64,000 nucleotides of DNA from Eledone cirrhosa (lineage: Eukaryota), in NCBI GenBank assembly GCA_964016885.1, contig OZ024755.1, positions 28,396,001 to 28,460,000 on the forward strand, given 5' to 3'. The translations under genes and the position numbers were made by a program. Shown piece after piece: positions 38,930-53,371 of the stretch (the stretch's first letter is position 1; each line of letters starts with the position of its first letter). The notes below the pieces were generated by a model. That model did not search any database. It had not been told where the DNA came from and saw nothing but the letters and a program-made list of their open reading frames with translations.

Positions 38930-39470
38930 AGACATGGTTTGGGTGTTCGGCTCACGATACTTAGAGCGGGGGTTCGATTCCTGGCATCACGTATTCTCCT
39001 TGAGCAAGACACTTTGTTTCACGCTGCTCCAGTCCACTCAACTAGCAGAACTGTAGCAGTACTTTCTAATTGGAAGGGCTGAATCTACCCGGGATTTAGG
39101 TTAAGGGTGCTTGTAGTTATAGAATGCTCAGGCCCTTCCTAGTTAAATTCTCGAGCAGAATGTTTCTTTGATCGAATTTAACTTAAAGACAGGTTGTCGT
39201 GAACCGAGAAAGGGCCAGTTTATATGTGTGTATATATATATATACACACATGAAGGCGTGTGGCTGAGTGGTTAGAGAATTGGATTCGCAATCGTAAGGT
39301 TGTGAGTTCGATTCCTGGACCGGGCGATGCGTTATGTCCTTGAGCAAGACACTTTATTTCACGTTGCTCCTTCTACCTGGAGTTGCGACCGATAGATAGT
39401 ATTAGCAATTGGAAAGACCAACGGAAACATTGTTCCCTCGGTCCGATTTTGACGAAAGTCGATCGTTCCT
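38930..39470 (+). mobile_element. Two adjacent tRNA-SINEs (38930-39220, 39251-39470)
   Basis: Both have a B box gttcgattcc and ttgagcaagacacttt.tttcacg.tgctcc; their tails differ. Confidence 0.75.
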
Positions 39471-39489
39471 CTATATATATATATATATA

Positions 39490-39800
39490 TAACGACGGAA
39501 GTGTGGGAAGTAACCAGGTGGACCATAACGCACCAAAGTACTCAATACTGGGTAGTAGATACTGTCGAATCTCAGGGTAGTAGATACTGACGGAGCTCAG
39601 CCGTCGGGGTCCTGACTCTTTTCCTATATATATATATATATATATATAGATATGTGTGTGTGTGAATATAAATATACACACACCCCACCGCAGGCACAAA
39701 CACGCACACACATATATATATATAGTAATAATAATAAATTTGAAGATCCCGTTAAGGGTGAAAGCAGCGATTCTTTGCTTAAACTTTAATCTGTTATTTT
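39490..39800. mobile_element. Family A fold-back (39490-39626) and family D stub (39738-39800)
   Basis: Motif matches to the other copies; both are bounded by (TA)n. Confidence 0.7.
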
Positions 39801-39813
39801 TATAAATAAATAA

Positions 39814-39848
<35 letters not shown>

Positions 39849-40064
39849 CGTGTGTGTGTGTGAATATAAATATACACACCCCACCGCAGGCACAAACACA
39901 CACGCATATGTATATATATATATATACACACATACACAGAGATAGATAGATAGATAGATATGTTTCTTTATTAGCCACAGGGGTACAAAAGAAGGGGACA
40001 AATACAAAGGGAGAAGTTTACATACAATAAAAACGTGTAAAATGTTATCACAAATGCAATTTAA

Positions 40065-40104
<40 letters not shown>

Positions 40105-40143
40105 GTAGGTAGGTAGATAGATAGATAGATAGATAGATAGATA

Positions 40144-40663
40144 TGTTTCTTTTATTTGCCACCAGGGAATCAAAAGTGGGACAAGTACAATGGGGGGAGT
40201 TTACAAAACAAGGCGTCCTCAATAGGGAGGAGGCAATAACAATATATAAAAATAAAATAAAATATAACAAAAAATAAAATTTATAACAAAGTCCTCAATA
40301 GAGAGGAGGCGCCTTGGGGGGTCGCACACACCCCCGAAAAAAGTGTGCAACCCTTCTCCTCAGGAGCACAGAGAAGGGGTGCTCCCTTGGTCTTTCATCT
40401 TCCTCACCTATAGTCTGATGTAGAGTGAAGGCCCATTCACACGGGCCATTCTCGCCACTTTCACCCATCTTTCATAGAAACGGCTGGGGTGCAGCACCTC
40501 TCTCTCCATCCTGATCCTTCTTCCGAAATGATATCGGAAGAAACGGACCAGTTGTTGGCCAGAGAGAAAGGTGTCTGACCTCAGTCCTTTCAGACGCGTC
40601 CACCATACAACCTCTTTCGCCATGGCTATTACGCACAGAAACACCGCCTCTCCTTCGTTTTTG

Positions 40664-40665
<2 letters not shown>
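40144..40665 (-). mobile_element. Tx1/L1-clade LINE 3' fragment inserted in (GATA)n
   Basis: FKNEGEAVFLCVIAMAKEVVWWTRLKG...FYERW resembles the L1/Tx1 ORF2 C-terminus (AKxxIWxxR..F..W). It ends aataaaagaaaca(tatc)n. A stub lies at 39961-40060. Confidence 0.65.
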
Positions 40666-40718
<53 letters not shown>

Positions 40719-41337
40719 ACATGCCACCCATACATTCATACATCCATATATGCATGCATACATAGTGATGTTATTGAGAAATACCGATAGAAATGTAAGC
40801 AGACCAAGAGTTAAACGGAGAGAAATGTAGACGAATAGACGGCAACGCAGACAAGAGGCACACACCTGTTGTACACAGGTAGACCAACAGACAGGTAGAC
40901 AGACAGACAAGGTAGATACACAGACAGGTAGACAGACAGACAAGGTAGACAGACAGACAAGGTAGATACACAGACAGGTAGATACACATACCAGCAGACA
41001 CGTTGATAGAGTGTGTTGTCAAAACAGTAAGTTCGAAACATTTTAATAGTAGGACAAGTAGCGGGGTAAATGTTACAAAACCAATGTGTCTGTGTGTCTG
41101 CGTAGGCGTATGTGTCTGTGTGTGCGCTTGTGTTTGTCTATATATGCATGTATGTATGGATAAAGTGTGTATGCATGAATGAATGTATGATAGTACGCGC
41201 ATATGTGCATATATATGTAAGTATGTATGTATATATAGGTATGTATGTATATATATATGTTTATATATATATATATTTATATATGTATATATATATATAT
41301 GCATGTATTTGTGTATGTATGTATGTATTTATGTATG

Positions 41338-41388
<51 letters not shown>

Positions 41389-41484
41389 AAACTTTGGGAG
41401 GGTCATGTTGCTAATAAATACACGTGTTCATATAAAAAATAACGTAAAACAAATTCAAAAACGAATTATATATATATATATATA

Positions 41485-41519
<35 letters not shown>

Positions 41520-41807
41520 TATATGCATATATTATATATGTATATATGTATAGATAAAGAAAGATAGGAGACAAAGAAAATGCTAGACATAGCAGATGAT
41601 ACAGGTGAAACGCATAACACAATGAGGAAGTAAAAAAAAAAAATCTAATAGCATAAAGATAAGAAATCAAATTTTAACATAAAATTGACATGAATGAATT
41701 GATAGAAATAGTATATTTTTACAAGAAAACATACACAAGCACACACATATATACACACTGGTGCGCGTGCGTGAGAACATTTACACACACACACACACAC
41801 AAACACA

Positions 41808-41856
<49 letters not shown>

Positions 41857-41857
<1 letters not shown>

Positions 41858-42103
41858 AGGAAGGAATTGTGGTAAGGAACCAGATGGACCATAACGCACC
41901 AGAGTACTCAATACTTAGGGTTGTAGAGTGGGTAATAGGAGAATGTATGACCCCGACGGCAGAGCTCAAGCCGTTTCGACGGCTATTTCTAGACTATTTC
42001 CAATATATATATATATATATATATATACGTGTGTGTGTTACTGTGTGAATGTATGTGTGCGTGTGTATATGTGTGTGTGTTTTATTATCTCTCTCTCTCT
42101 ATA

Positions 42104-42135
<32 letters not shown>

Positions 42136-42150
42136 CACACAGAAATATAT

Positions 42151-42216
<66 letters not shown>

Positions 42217-42287
42217 AGTTAGTTTCAGAAGATCCCGTTAAGGGTGAAAGCAGCGATTCTTTGCTTAAACTTTAACCTGTTATTTTA

Positions 42288-42339
<52 letters not shown>

Positions 42340-42482
42340 GGCCGTTTCAACAGGTAGCTCCAGAGTGTGTCAGGAACTCGCTGAGGGGGTCCCGACCTCT
42401 TATACTATAACCTTTTACTTCAACATCAAGTATTGAGTACTCTGTTGATTAATTGTCTAACCAGTTTCAAACTGAATCGAAG

Positions 42483-42538
<56 letters not shown>

Positions 42539-42743
42539 CGAAGGAAATGTGGTAAGGAACCAGGTGGATCATAACGCACCAAAGTACTCAATACTTGAGG
42601 TAGTAGAGTGGATAATAGGAACCAGTAAGACCCCGACAGCTGAGCTCAAGCCGTTTCGACGGCTAATTCTGGACGCAGAATTAGTCCAGAATTAGCCGTC
42701 GAAACGGCTTGAGCTCAGCTGTCGGGGTCTTACTGGTTCCTAT
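41857..42743. mobile_element. Run of (TA)n inserts: family A (41857-42003, 42536-42743), family D (42221-42290), divergent A-like (42339-42485)
   Basis: Each is bounded by (TA)n; shared gtattgagtac and hammerhead halves. Confidence 0.75.
42221..42271 (+). ncRNA. Variant hammerhead ribozyme (CAGAAGA core)
   Basis: agttt-CAGAAGA-t ccc gttaa ggg t-GAA-agca gcgattctt tgct-T-aaact: stems I, II and III all pair. Confidence 0.7.
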
Positions 42744-42760
42744 ATATATATATATATATA

Positions 42761-42940
42761 GATGAGATTCTACAGGACTAGAACTATTTCATTCTTTAGA
42801 AATCTTCAGGAATCCTGATGATTTCTAAAGAATGAAACAGTTCTAGTCCTGTAGAATCTCATATATATTAAAACTTTTATACTCTGCTATGTATTGAGTA
42901 CCTTACTTACTGTGGTTACCTCCGATTCAACCCGGAATAA
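42761..42940. mobile_element. Family B fold-back with back-to-back hammerheads (minus 42766-42814, plus 42810-42858)
   Basis: gattc-CTGAAGA-tttctaaagaat-GAA-atag ttctagtc ctgt-A-gaatc on minus; CTGATGA version on plus. Confidence 0.8.
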
Positions 42941-42971
42941 CGTAGATTAAGCAGAAATAAAGTGAGGTAGT

Positions 42972-43002
<31 letters not shown>

Positions 43003-43016
43003 TAGTGAGAGATAGA

Positions 43017-43052
<36 letters not shown>

Positions 43053-43210
43053 AGAAGTAGAAAAAGAGGGTGTGTATTGTTGAATGAAACAAAAAAAATA
43101 GTGATACATTCATACATGGATTACAAATAGATAGATACAGAGTAACACAGGCTGAAAGAGAGAAACTAGTTTATCATATATACACACCTGTAACGATGCA
43201 TACATATATA

Positions 43211-43258
<48 letters not shown>

Positions 43259-43342
43259 CATATATATACATATATGTATATATATATTTATGTATATATA
43301 TAAATATATGTATATAAATTTATTATTATGACTATATATATG

Positions 43343-43396
<54 letters not shown>

Positions 43397-43500
43397 TGTA
43401 TATAAATATATATATGTATATATATACACATGAATATATAAATATATATATATGTGTATATATATATATATATATATGTGTATATATATATATAAATATT

Positions 43501-43532
<32 letters not shown>

Positions 43533-43617
43533 TATATATTTATATATATATATACACATATATATATATATATTTATATATACATGTTTATATATATACA
43601 TATATATATTTATATAC

Positions 43618-43669
<52 letters not shown>

Positions 43670-43685
43670 GTATATATATATAAAC

Positions 43686-43727
<42 letters not shown>

Positions 43728-43951
43728 ATATATATAAATATATATAAAAATATATATATATATATGTGTGTGTATATATATAAATATATATAAAAATATA
43801 TATATTTATGTATATATATGTATATATTAATGTATATATGTACGTTTGTGTGTGTTTGTGTGGGCGTGTGCCTGTGTGTCTGTGTAAAAAGAGAAAAAAG
43901 TACACACACGCATTCACTCCCACTCACTAATATATATGTATATATCTATGG

Positions 43952-44048
<97 letters not shown>

Positions 44049-44094
44049 CACACACACACATATATATATATATATTTATATATATTTATATATT

Positions 44095-44150
<56 letters not shown>

Positions 44151-44178
44151 TGAGTGTGTGTGTGTGTGTATATATATA

Positions 44179-44241
<63 letters not shown>

Positions 44242-44258
44242 ATATATATATAGATAGA

Positions 44259-44336
<78 letters not shown>

Positions 44337-44554
44337 GTACACATACATATATATACACATGCATATAAATATATATAGTTGCATAGATAAGAAGTAATGT
44401 TACACTCTAGAAAGTGTGTTACAGATCGAGATGATAGGGCATGTCACATAGTGAAAGTAATTGTTAGTAAATATAGATGTATGTATATATATATATATAT
44501 ATATACACACGCATGTATATATAAATGTACACACACACACATATATATATATAA

Positions 44555-44600
<46 letters not shown>

Positions 44601-44737
44601 GAAAGGTATAGAAAAAATTGTAACAAAAAGCCATATATATATGGATATATCTATATATATATACATAAATATACACATATATATCTATATCTATATATAT
44701 ATTTACATATAAATAGAGATATATGTATACATGTGTC

Positions 44738-44791
<54 letters not shown>

Positions 44792-44840
44792 TGTATGTAT
44801 ATGCATCTATATAAACATATACACACACACACCTGCATAC

Positions 44841-44880
<40 letters not shown>

Positions 44881-44924
44881 GGGTATGTATATATATATAC
44901 ACACATATACGCGCACACACACAC

Positions 44925-44961
<37 letters not shown>

Positions 44962-45200
44962 TATATGTGTGTATATATATATATCTGTGTGTGTGTATAT
45001 ATATATATATACATGTGTGTATATATATGTATATATATATATACATGTATGTGTATATATATACACACACACTCACACACACTCACACACACATATATAT
45101 GTACACACACACACATATATATATATAAACAGAAACACACACATATATATATATATATACTTATACACGCACACATTCATTCATAACAGGTGGTTGTATA

Positions 45201-45252
<52 letters not shown>

Positions 45253-45529
45253 GTATGTAGTATGTCATTCTTGAAAAGTGTTACTTTAGATGAGATGATA
45301 TTGAAAATGTGTGCTGACACAGGCCAGCATACACTCACCTAAGTGTTAGGGATGCCCAAATCCAGGGATTTCCATAGACAGAACAAGCAATGGTGTTAAT
45401 ATTTCCACTAGATTGCAGAATACTAATTCGGTTCTTAAGTCGAAATTAATCAATACTGGAAACACCGCAAACACAACCAGTGATCTGAGAGGATAAATAT
45501 ATTGTCTGTGTGTCTGTCTGTGTGTGTAT

Positions 45530-45572
<43 letters not shown>

Positions 45573-45664
45573 AGCATGTGTGTGTATGTGTGTGTGTGTG
45601 TGAGAGAGCATGTGTGTGTATGTGTGTGTGTGTGTGTGTGTATGTGTGTGTGTGTGTGAGAGAG

Positions 45665-45695
<31 letters not shown>

Positions 45696-45859
45696 CTGTG
45701 TCTGTGTGTGTGTGTGTGTATGTGTGTGTGAGAGAGCATGTGTGTGTATGTGTGTGTGTGTGTGTGTGTGTGTACGTGTTTGATTGTGTTCGTGTGAAAG
45801 TTTATATACATCTATCTATATATATGTGTGTGTGTGTGTGTGTGTTTGTATGTGTCTGT

Positions 45860-46620
45860 GGTGATACGGGGATTGACGTGTTGGTTGTTGTGGTTATTAT
45901 AGTAGTGGTGGTGGTGGTGGTGGTGGTGGTGGCGGGGGTGGTGGATGTGTTAGAGGTGGTGGTGGCGGTGGTGGTGGTGGTGGATGTGTTAGAGGTGGTG
46001 GTGGATGTGTTAGAGGTTGTGGCTGTGTTAGAGGTGGCGGTGGTGGTGGAAGTGTTAGAGGTGGTGGTGGATGTGTTGTTAGTGGTGGTGGTGGTGGTGG
46101 TGGTGGATGTGTTAGAGGTGGTGGTGGTGGTGGTGGTGGTGGTGGATGTGTTGTTAGTGGTGGTGGTGGTGGTGGTGGTGGAGGTGGCTGTGTTAGAGGT
46201 GGCGGTGGTAGTGGAAGTGTTAGAGGTGGTGGTGGTGGTGGATGTGTTGTTAGTGGTGGTGGTGGTGGTGGTGGGTGTGTTAGAGGTTGTGGTGGTGGTG
46301 GTGGATGTATTGTTAGTGGTGATGGTGGTGGTGGCTGTGTTAGAGGTGGTGGTGGTTGATGTGTTAGTGGTGGTGGTGGTGGATGTGTTAGTGGTGGTGG
46401 TGGTGGTGCATGTGTTAGAAGTGATGGTGGTGGTGGATGTGTTGTTAGTGGTGGTGGTGGTGGTGGTGGATGTGTTGTTAGTGATGGTGGTGGATGTGTT
46501 AGAGGTTGTGGTGATGGTGGTGGTGGTGGTGGTGGATGTGTTGTTAGTGGTGGTGGGTATGGTGGTGGTGGTAATGGTGGATATGTTAGTAGTGGTGGTG
46601 GTGCTGGTGGGAGTAGTTGT
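45860..46620. repeat. Degenerate (GTG)n compound repeat
   Basis: (gtg)n interrupted by gatgtgttagag and gatgtgttgtta modules. Confidence 0.9.
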
Positions 46621-46840
46621 ATGTACACCATAGTTTTCTTTTAGTCGGTATATACACAGTATCACATGTATATGTCTATAAATTGTGTGTCAGTGAGGTT
46701 TTGTTTCGTATGCAAGTTTTGTTTTCTTGTGCAGCGACGTGACGTGTACACACAAACACACATAATCGCGCACACACACACACACACACACAAACACACA
46801 CAATCGCGCGCACACACACACACACACAAACACACATAAT

Positions 46841-46908
<68 letters not shown>

Positions 46909-47111
46909 TAATCACTCACACACACAGACACACATAATCACTCACAAACACACATAATCACTCACACACACAAAATCACTCACACACACAAACACACATA
47001 ATCACACACAAACACACATAATCACACACATAATCACACACAAACACATAATCACACACATACACACATACACACATACACACACATATATATATATGTA
47101 TATAGATAGAT

Positions 47112-47970
47112 ATGTTTCTTTATCTGCCACAAGGCCGCAAAAAGATGGGGACAAATACAGAGTGGGGAGTTTACATACATGCGTGTAAAAAAATAGAATG
47201 AATAAAAATATCAAATAACAAATAACAATTAACAATTGAAATCCCCGATAGGGGGCGAGGCGTTACACATGGGTTGTACAGACCCCGAAAAAATGTACAA
47301 CCCTCATCTCCAGGAGCACCAAGAGTTAGCTCTAGATAGATAGATTGAAAGAGGGAGAGGGAAAGAGTTGATATATAGATTGTTGCATAGAAAGGTTTTG
47401 AAATGCATTGATAGCTACCTAGCAAGCTAGCTAGTTGGATGGATAATTTCATAAACACATTGATAGATAGATATATTTCTTTATTTGCCACAAGGGCGCA
47501 CAAGAATAGGGGACAATACAAAGACACATGCCGGGGATTTTACATACAGTCGTGTAAAAATATTGAAACAAACAATTATAACAATCGAAATCCCCAATAG
47601 GGGGGAAGCGCCACAAATGGGTTGTTTAATACCCCGTCGATAGAACAACCCTCAACTTCAGGAGCGTGTTGTGCAAGTGCGCCCTTCTTCCTTTTGCTCT
47701 CTTCTTTAACCTACAGGCTTATACAGAGAGAAGGCCCAATCACTCGGGCCATTTTCGCTTCATTCACCAACTCTTCAGTAAATTTACTGGGGTGCAGTGC
47801 CTCTCTCTCTCCACTCTGATTCTCCTTCTAAAGTGATACTTAAAGAAGGGAATCAATTGTTGTCCGGAAAGAATGGTATATGTCCTCAGTCCTCTCAATC
47901 CCGCCCACCTTATAACCTCTTTCACCATAGCCCCTGTACAGAGGATAACCGCCGCTCTTTCCTTTTTGAA
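47112..47970 (-). mobile_element. Two Tx1/L1-like 3' fragments at GATA sites (47112-47330, 47473-47970)
   Basis: Translation FKKERAAVILCTGAMVKEVIRWAGLRG.. aligns with the 40408-40665 peptide; both 3' ends run into (tatc)n. Confidence 0.65.
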
Positions 47971-48138
47971 AGAGACAGACATACAGAGAAATAGAGAGAG
48001 AGGTGGAGAGATAGAGAGATAGGTAGAGAGAGAAGTAAATGGGTAGATAGATAGAGTGAGAGATAGATAGATAAATAGACAGACAGATAGACGCAGTGAT
48101 AGAGATAAAGGTAGAGAGAGAGGTAGATAGCTAGATAG

Positions 48139-48186
<48 letters not shown>

Positions 48187-48192
48187 GGATAG

Positions 48193-48225
<33 letters not shown>

Positions 48226-48300
48226 TAGGTGAATATATATATGCATGTATTTGTATGTTTACCTATCTATATTTTTGTATATGTTTGTGTGCGATCGTTA

Positions 48301-48463
<163 letters not shown>

Positions 48464-48804
48464 TATATATATATATGTGTATATATATATGCACACACAT
48501 ATATATATATATATACACACATATATATATATATATACATATATATATATTTATGTATATAGATATATAACTATACATACGTACACACACATACACACAT
48601 ACACACATATATAGATATATCATAGTATGTATGTCTGCATGACTACATGGATTATTCGATTGGTGGAATGGCGCAATCTGAGACAGTGTGTGTTCATAAA
48701 TATCGGATTTTCATATACTGATTTCATGTTGAGATGTGCTTCCATGTGCCTGAATCTTGGCTACGTTACGTACGAGTGTATGTACACAAGTTTATGCACG
48801 TATT

Positions 48805-48841
<37 letters not shown>

Positions 48842-49086
48842 GTATAAGTTTGTATGTACATGTTTGCACCAAGGAACACCTTGATTGTGTTAGCATGTAT
48901 GCGTTGATGTAATATTTATGTGTAATGTACCATGTGAATGAGTTGTTTGCCTGTAGACTTTTTAATGTGTTTACAGATGAACTCCTGGCCCACATATAAA
49001 CTGTGCATCACAATACAATATATATGATGTATTCATTCATACAATAAAACATACATACATAAACACACACACACACATATATATAT

Positions 49087-49157
<71 letters not shown>

Positions 49158-49161
<4 letters not shown>

Positions 49162-49532
49162 AACGAGTAGGACCCCGACGGCTGACCTCAAGCCGTTTCG
49201 ACGGCTAATTCTGGACTGAATTAGCCGTCGAAACGGCTTGAGCTCAGCCGTCGGGGTCCTACTCGTTCCTATTACCCACTCTGCTACCCTAAGTATTGAG
49301 TACTTTGGTCTGTTATGGTCCACCTGGTTCCTTACCACATTTCCTTCGTTATATATATATATATATGAAAACATTCAGGACCCCGACGGCTGAGCTCCGG
49401 CCGTTTCGACAGCTAGAACCGAGTTCGGAACGAGCTGTTGAAACGGCCAGACCTCAGCCGTCGGGGTCCTCAATCTTTTCATATTACCCACTCTAGTTGT
49501 ACTACCTCAAGTATCTAGTACTCTGGTTTTTA

Positions 49533-49627
<95 letters not shown>

Positions 49628-49925
49628 TATTAAAACAACCGATTAAAGTTTAAGCAAAAAATCGCTGCTTTCACCCTTAACAGGGTGTTCTGAAACTAAA
49701 AAAATCAATCTGTGACCGCAGAAGTAAATATATATATATATATATATATATATAAGATAAGTTATTCCGGGTTGAATCGGAGGTGACCACGGTAAGTAAG
49801 TTACTCAATACATAGCAGAGTGTAAAAGTTTTAATATAGAAGAGCTTCTACAGGTCTAGAACTGTTTCATTCGTGAGAAATCCTCAGAGAGCTACCTGTA
49901 GAAGCTCTTCTATATTAAGACTAAT
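49158..49925. mobile_element. Four consecutive hammerhead-family inserts: A (49158-49350), A-variant (49362-49535), D (49628-49730), B (49753-49925)
   Basis: Fold-back hairpins separated by (TA)n. The B copy has CTGAGGA-tttctcacgaat-GAAACAG..CTGTA on minus (49843-49893). Confidence 0.8.
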
Positions 49926-49928
49926 ATA

Positions 49929-49978
<50 letters not shown>

Positions 49979-49988
49979 TAGATATATA

Positions 49989-51619
49989 CAGGGAGGAAGA
50001 GAAGGTTTTCGAGTCAGGGCCCGAGGATAGGAAGAGGATATGGCTAGATCATTTTAGGACCCTACTAGGAGAGACGCCCTCCACAGACCGAAGCGCTGGG
50101 GAGATCAGGCGGCTGTTTGAAGAACTGGATATTGAGATAGAGCCCTTCACCAGAGTGGAGCTTCAGAGACCCCAGAAGAAGATCAAGGAGGGCATGGCCC
50201 ATGGAGAATATGGAGTGGCATCAGAGGTGATGAAGAGGTGTGATTTTGATGATATCATCCTGGGGTTCTATAACCAGGCACTGGAGAAAGGAGTTGTGGA
50301 GGATCAGTAACATCGTACCAGTGCCAAAGAAGGGAGATGACTCTAACACCAAAAACCTACAGGGGGATCTCACTGACGTCACTTGTGGGAAAGACCCTCA
50401 ACAGGATGATTCTTAACAGGATCCAGCCTGAGATGGAGAAGAGGCTCAGGGACAACCAGAACGGCTTCAGAGAAGGAAGATCAACCACCAGTCACATCCT
50501 GATGCTGAGGAGGATATTAGAAGCTAAGTGCCTTCCTGCGGTCATGGTTTTCATTGACTTTAGGAAGGCTTTTGATTCTGTGGACCGTCATTGCCTGATG
50601 AAGATCTTACAGGCTTATGGAACCCCCAAGAAGATAGTGGACCTGATATCGCTGCTCTACACCAACACCAAAGCCCAAGTTATTACACCTGATGGTATGA
50701 CAGATTTCTTTGAGATACTGGCTGGAGTGTTCCAGGGAGATACATTGGCTCCCTACCTTTTTATCATCGTAGTGGACTATTGTATGCGCCATGCACTGGA
50801 GAAACACCAGGACTCTGGCTTTACTGTAGCACTGGGTCAGAGTAGGAGAGTTAAGGCGAAAAAGATATCGGATGCTGAATTTGCCGACGACATAGTTTTG
50901 GTGACAAATACAGTGAAGGAGGCAGAGGATTTGATGCGGGAGGTTGAGACTGTGTCGATGAGTCTGGGGCTGAGAATGAATGAGACTAAAAGAAAATATC
51001 TGGTAGAGAATGTTGAGAAGCCAGAGGGGATCTCTAATGTAGGCGGGAAGCCACTAGAATTGGTTGAAGACTTCCTGTATTTGGGAGCAAAGATTGGGAA
51101 TACGGAAGTGATGTGGTTGAGAGGAAGAGCAAAGCCTTGAGAACGGTGCGGAAGTCGGACCTTCGTGAAGTACTGAAAATCCGCCTCTTCGTTGCTGTAG
51201 TGGAGTCTGTGCTGCTGTACAGGTCTGAGACTTGGACACTGACCAGGAAACTCACTCATATGGTGGATGGGTGGTACACGAGAATGCTGAGGTTGGCTCT
51301 GAACATTAATCAGTATACACTTAGGATGAATAACTCAGAGCTGTATGGGAGCCTCCCAAAAGTCAGCTCAAAAGTGACACAGAGGAGACTGCGGTTAGCT
51401 GGACATGTTCATCGACATCCAGAGTTGACATTGCACTCAGTGCTCCTGTGGGAGCCCCAACATAGACACACTGGAAGAGGAAGACCAAGGTTAACGTATG
51501 TTGATGCCTTAAGGACAGACACTGGTCTGTTGGAGACGCAGGACATGGCAGCGATAATGGGGGACAGAGACCGCTGGAGAGAACTCGTCCATGGATCTCG
51601 AGTATTTTACCCGCCTTAG
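49989..51619 (+). pseudogene. 5'-truncated RTE-clade retrotransposon (reverse transcriptase, frameshifted)
   Basis: RT motifs YRGISLTS, FIDFRKAFDSV, GVFQGDTLAPYLF, FADD and FLYLG; C-terminus ...[13 protein letters not shown]. Confidence 0.92.
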
Positions 51620-51641
51620 AAGAATACATACACACACACAC

Positions 51642-51702
<61 letters not shown>

Positions 51703-52533
51703 ACATATATATATGTATACATATATATACATATATATATATCATTAATAGCTAAATATGGTGATGTCCTATGCATCTATATGTATATACATTTCAAACA
51801 CTCTACTAATGATCGCTCAACGTTTGCTGGAACTGTCTACGTTGAGGACTACGAGGCCGGCATATAAGCTTCTGACAATTATATTTTTACTGATAGATAC
51901 ATAGTGATACATGAATTAGTAGCTCTAGTGGAGATGCAGTTAGTGATGGTGATGGTGATGGTGTTGGTGGTGATGGTGAAATTAGTTGTGGAGCAGCTGA
52001 TGGTCTCAAATGTCGTAGAGTGAGGGATGATATATAGAAAATTTCAAAAGTCAAGGAACCCTTTCGGATACTATATTATTCACAGAGAATGTTGCGAGCA
52101 GGTTATTAATTTTTTTTCTTTTCATACGCACCGCCATTTTCTGACGACTATTATAGCAAGACACATGCACACACACGGACACACACACATATATATATAT
52201 ATGTATATATACGCACATATATACATACTCTCATACTTTTTTTGTGTACGTTTCATGCATCATTGATCAAGCGGGTCTTCTATACTTCCGTGTAGGTCAG
52301 TCAAAACAAGTTGTATAATGCTTTCAGAAAACCTATATCTATACAGCCACATATTTTCAGTTACATACCCCCCCCCCCATATATATATATACACACACAC
52401 ACAAATGTATACACGTTTGAATGTTACGCCTACACGCCTGCGTTCTTTCTTTGTTTGAACATGAACAGGTGTGATTTTATTTTTCTTCGTTTTCTTTCCT
52501 ACTTTGTTATATTCATTTGATTATTCTTTTCTT

Positions 52534-53295
52534 AAAGATATGTCACAGGTAATTCCTGTTTCAGCAGAACTATGGGCATATATCTCTTCCTTGTCACTAT
52601 CAGGTCACTTTCTTCAAGATATGTCACAGGTCATTCCTGTTTGAGCTGACCTGTGGTCATAAATCACTCCCCTGTCACTATCACGTCACTTTTTCAAGAT
52701 ATGTCAAAGGTCATTCCTCTTTGAGCTGACTATGGCCAAAGTTCACTTCTTTGTCTCTATCATGTCACCTTTTCAAGAATTGTCACAGGTCATTCCTGTT
52801 TCAGCTGACCCTTGGTCATAAATCTCTTTCTTGTCTCTATCACGTCACTTTTGTCAAGATTTGTCACAGGTCATTCCTGTTTCAGCTGACCTGTAGCCAA
52901 AGCTCTCTCCCTTGTCACTATCACGTCACCTTTGTCAAGATTTGTCACAGGTCATGCCTGTTTCAGCTGACCTGTGGCCAAAGCTCTCTCCCTTGTCACT
53001 ATCACGTCACTTCTTCAAGATTTGGCACAGGTCATTCCTGTTTCAGCTGACCTATGGCCAAAGCTCTCTTCCTTGTCACTATCACGTCACTTCTTCAAGA
53101 TTTGTCACAGGTCATCCCTGTTTCAGCTGACCTATGGTCATAGATCACTTCCCTGTCACTATCATATCCCTTCTTCAAGATGTCTCACCGGTCATTCCTG
53201 TATCAGCTGACCTATGGTCATAGAGCTCTTCCCTGTTACTATAAATGTCACCTTCTTCAAGATATGTCAAAGGTCATTCCTGTTTGAGCAGAACT
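52534..53295. repeat. About 80-81 bp minisatellite, about 9.5 copies
   Basis: Unit aagatttgtcacaggtcattcctgtttcagctgacctatggccaaagctctcttccttgtcactatcacgtcacttcttc. Confidence 0.95.
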
Positions 53296-53371
53296 AATTA
53301 TTACTATAAGTAGCTTTTATACAGTTTGTATACATATAACCTCCTGTCATACACTGTCTTCCTATTATTTA

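Noticed and set aside
45578-46665. Mucin-like Thr-rich or Pro-rich ORFs
   Set aside because: Derived from (GTG)n, so frame preservation is automatic; the ORFs run into dinucleotide repeats.
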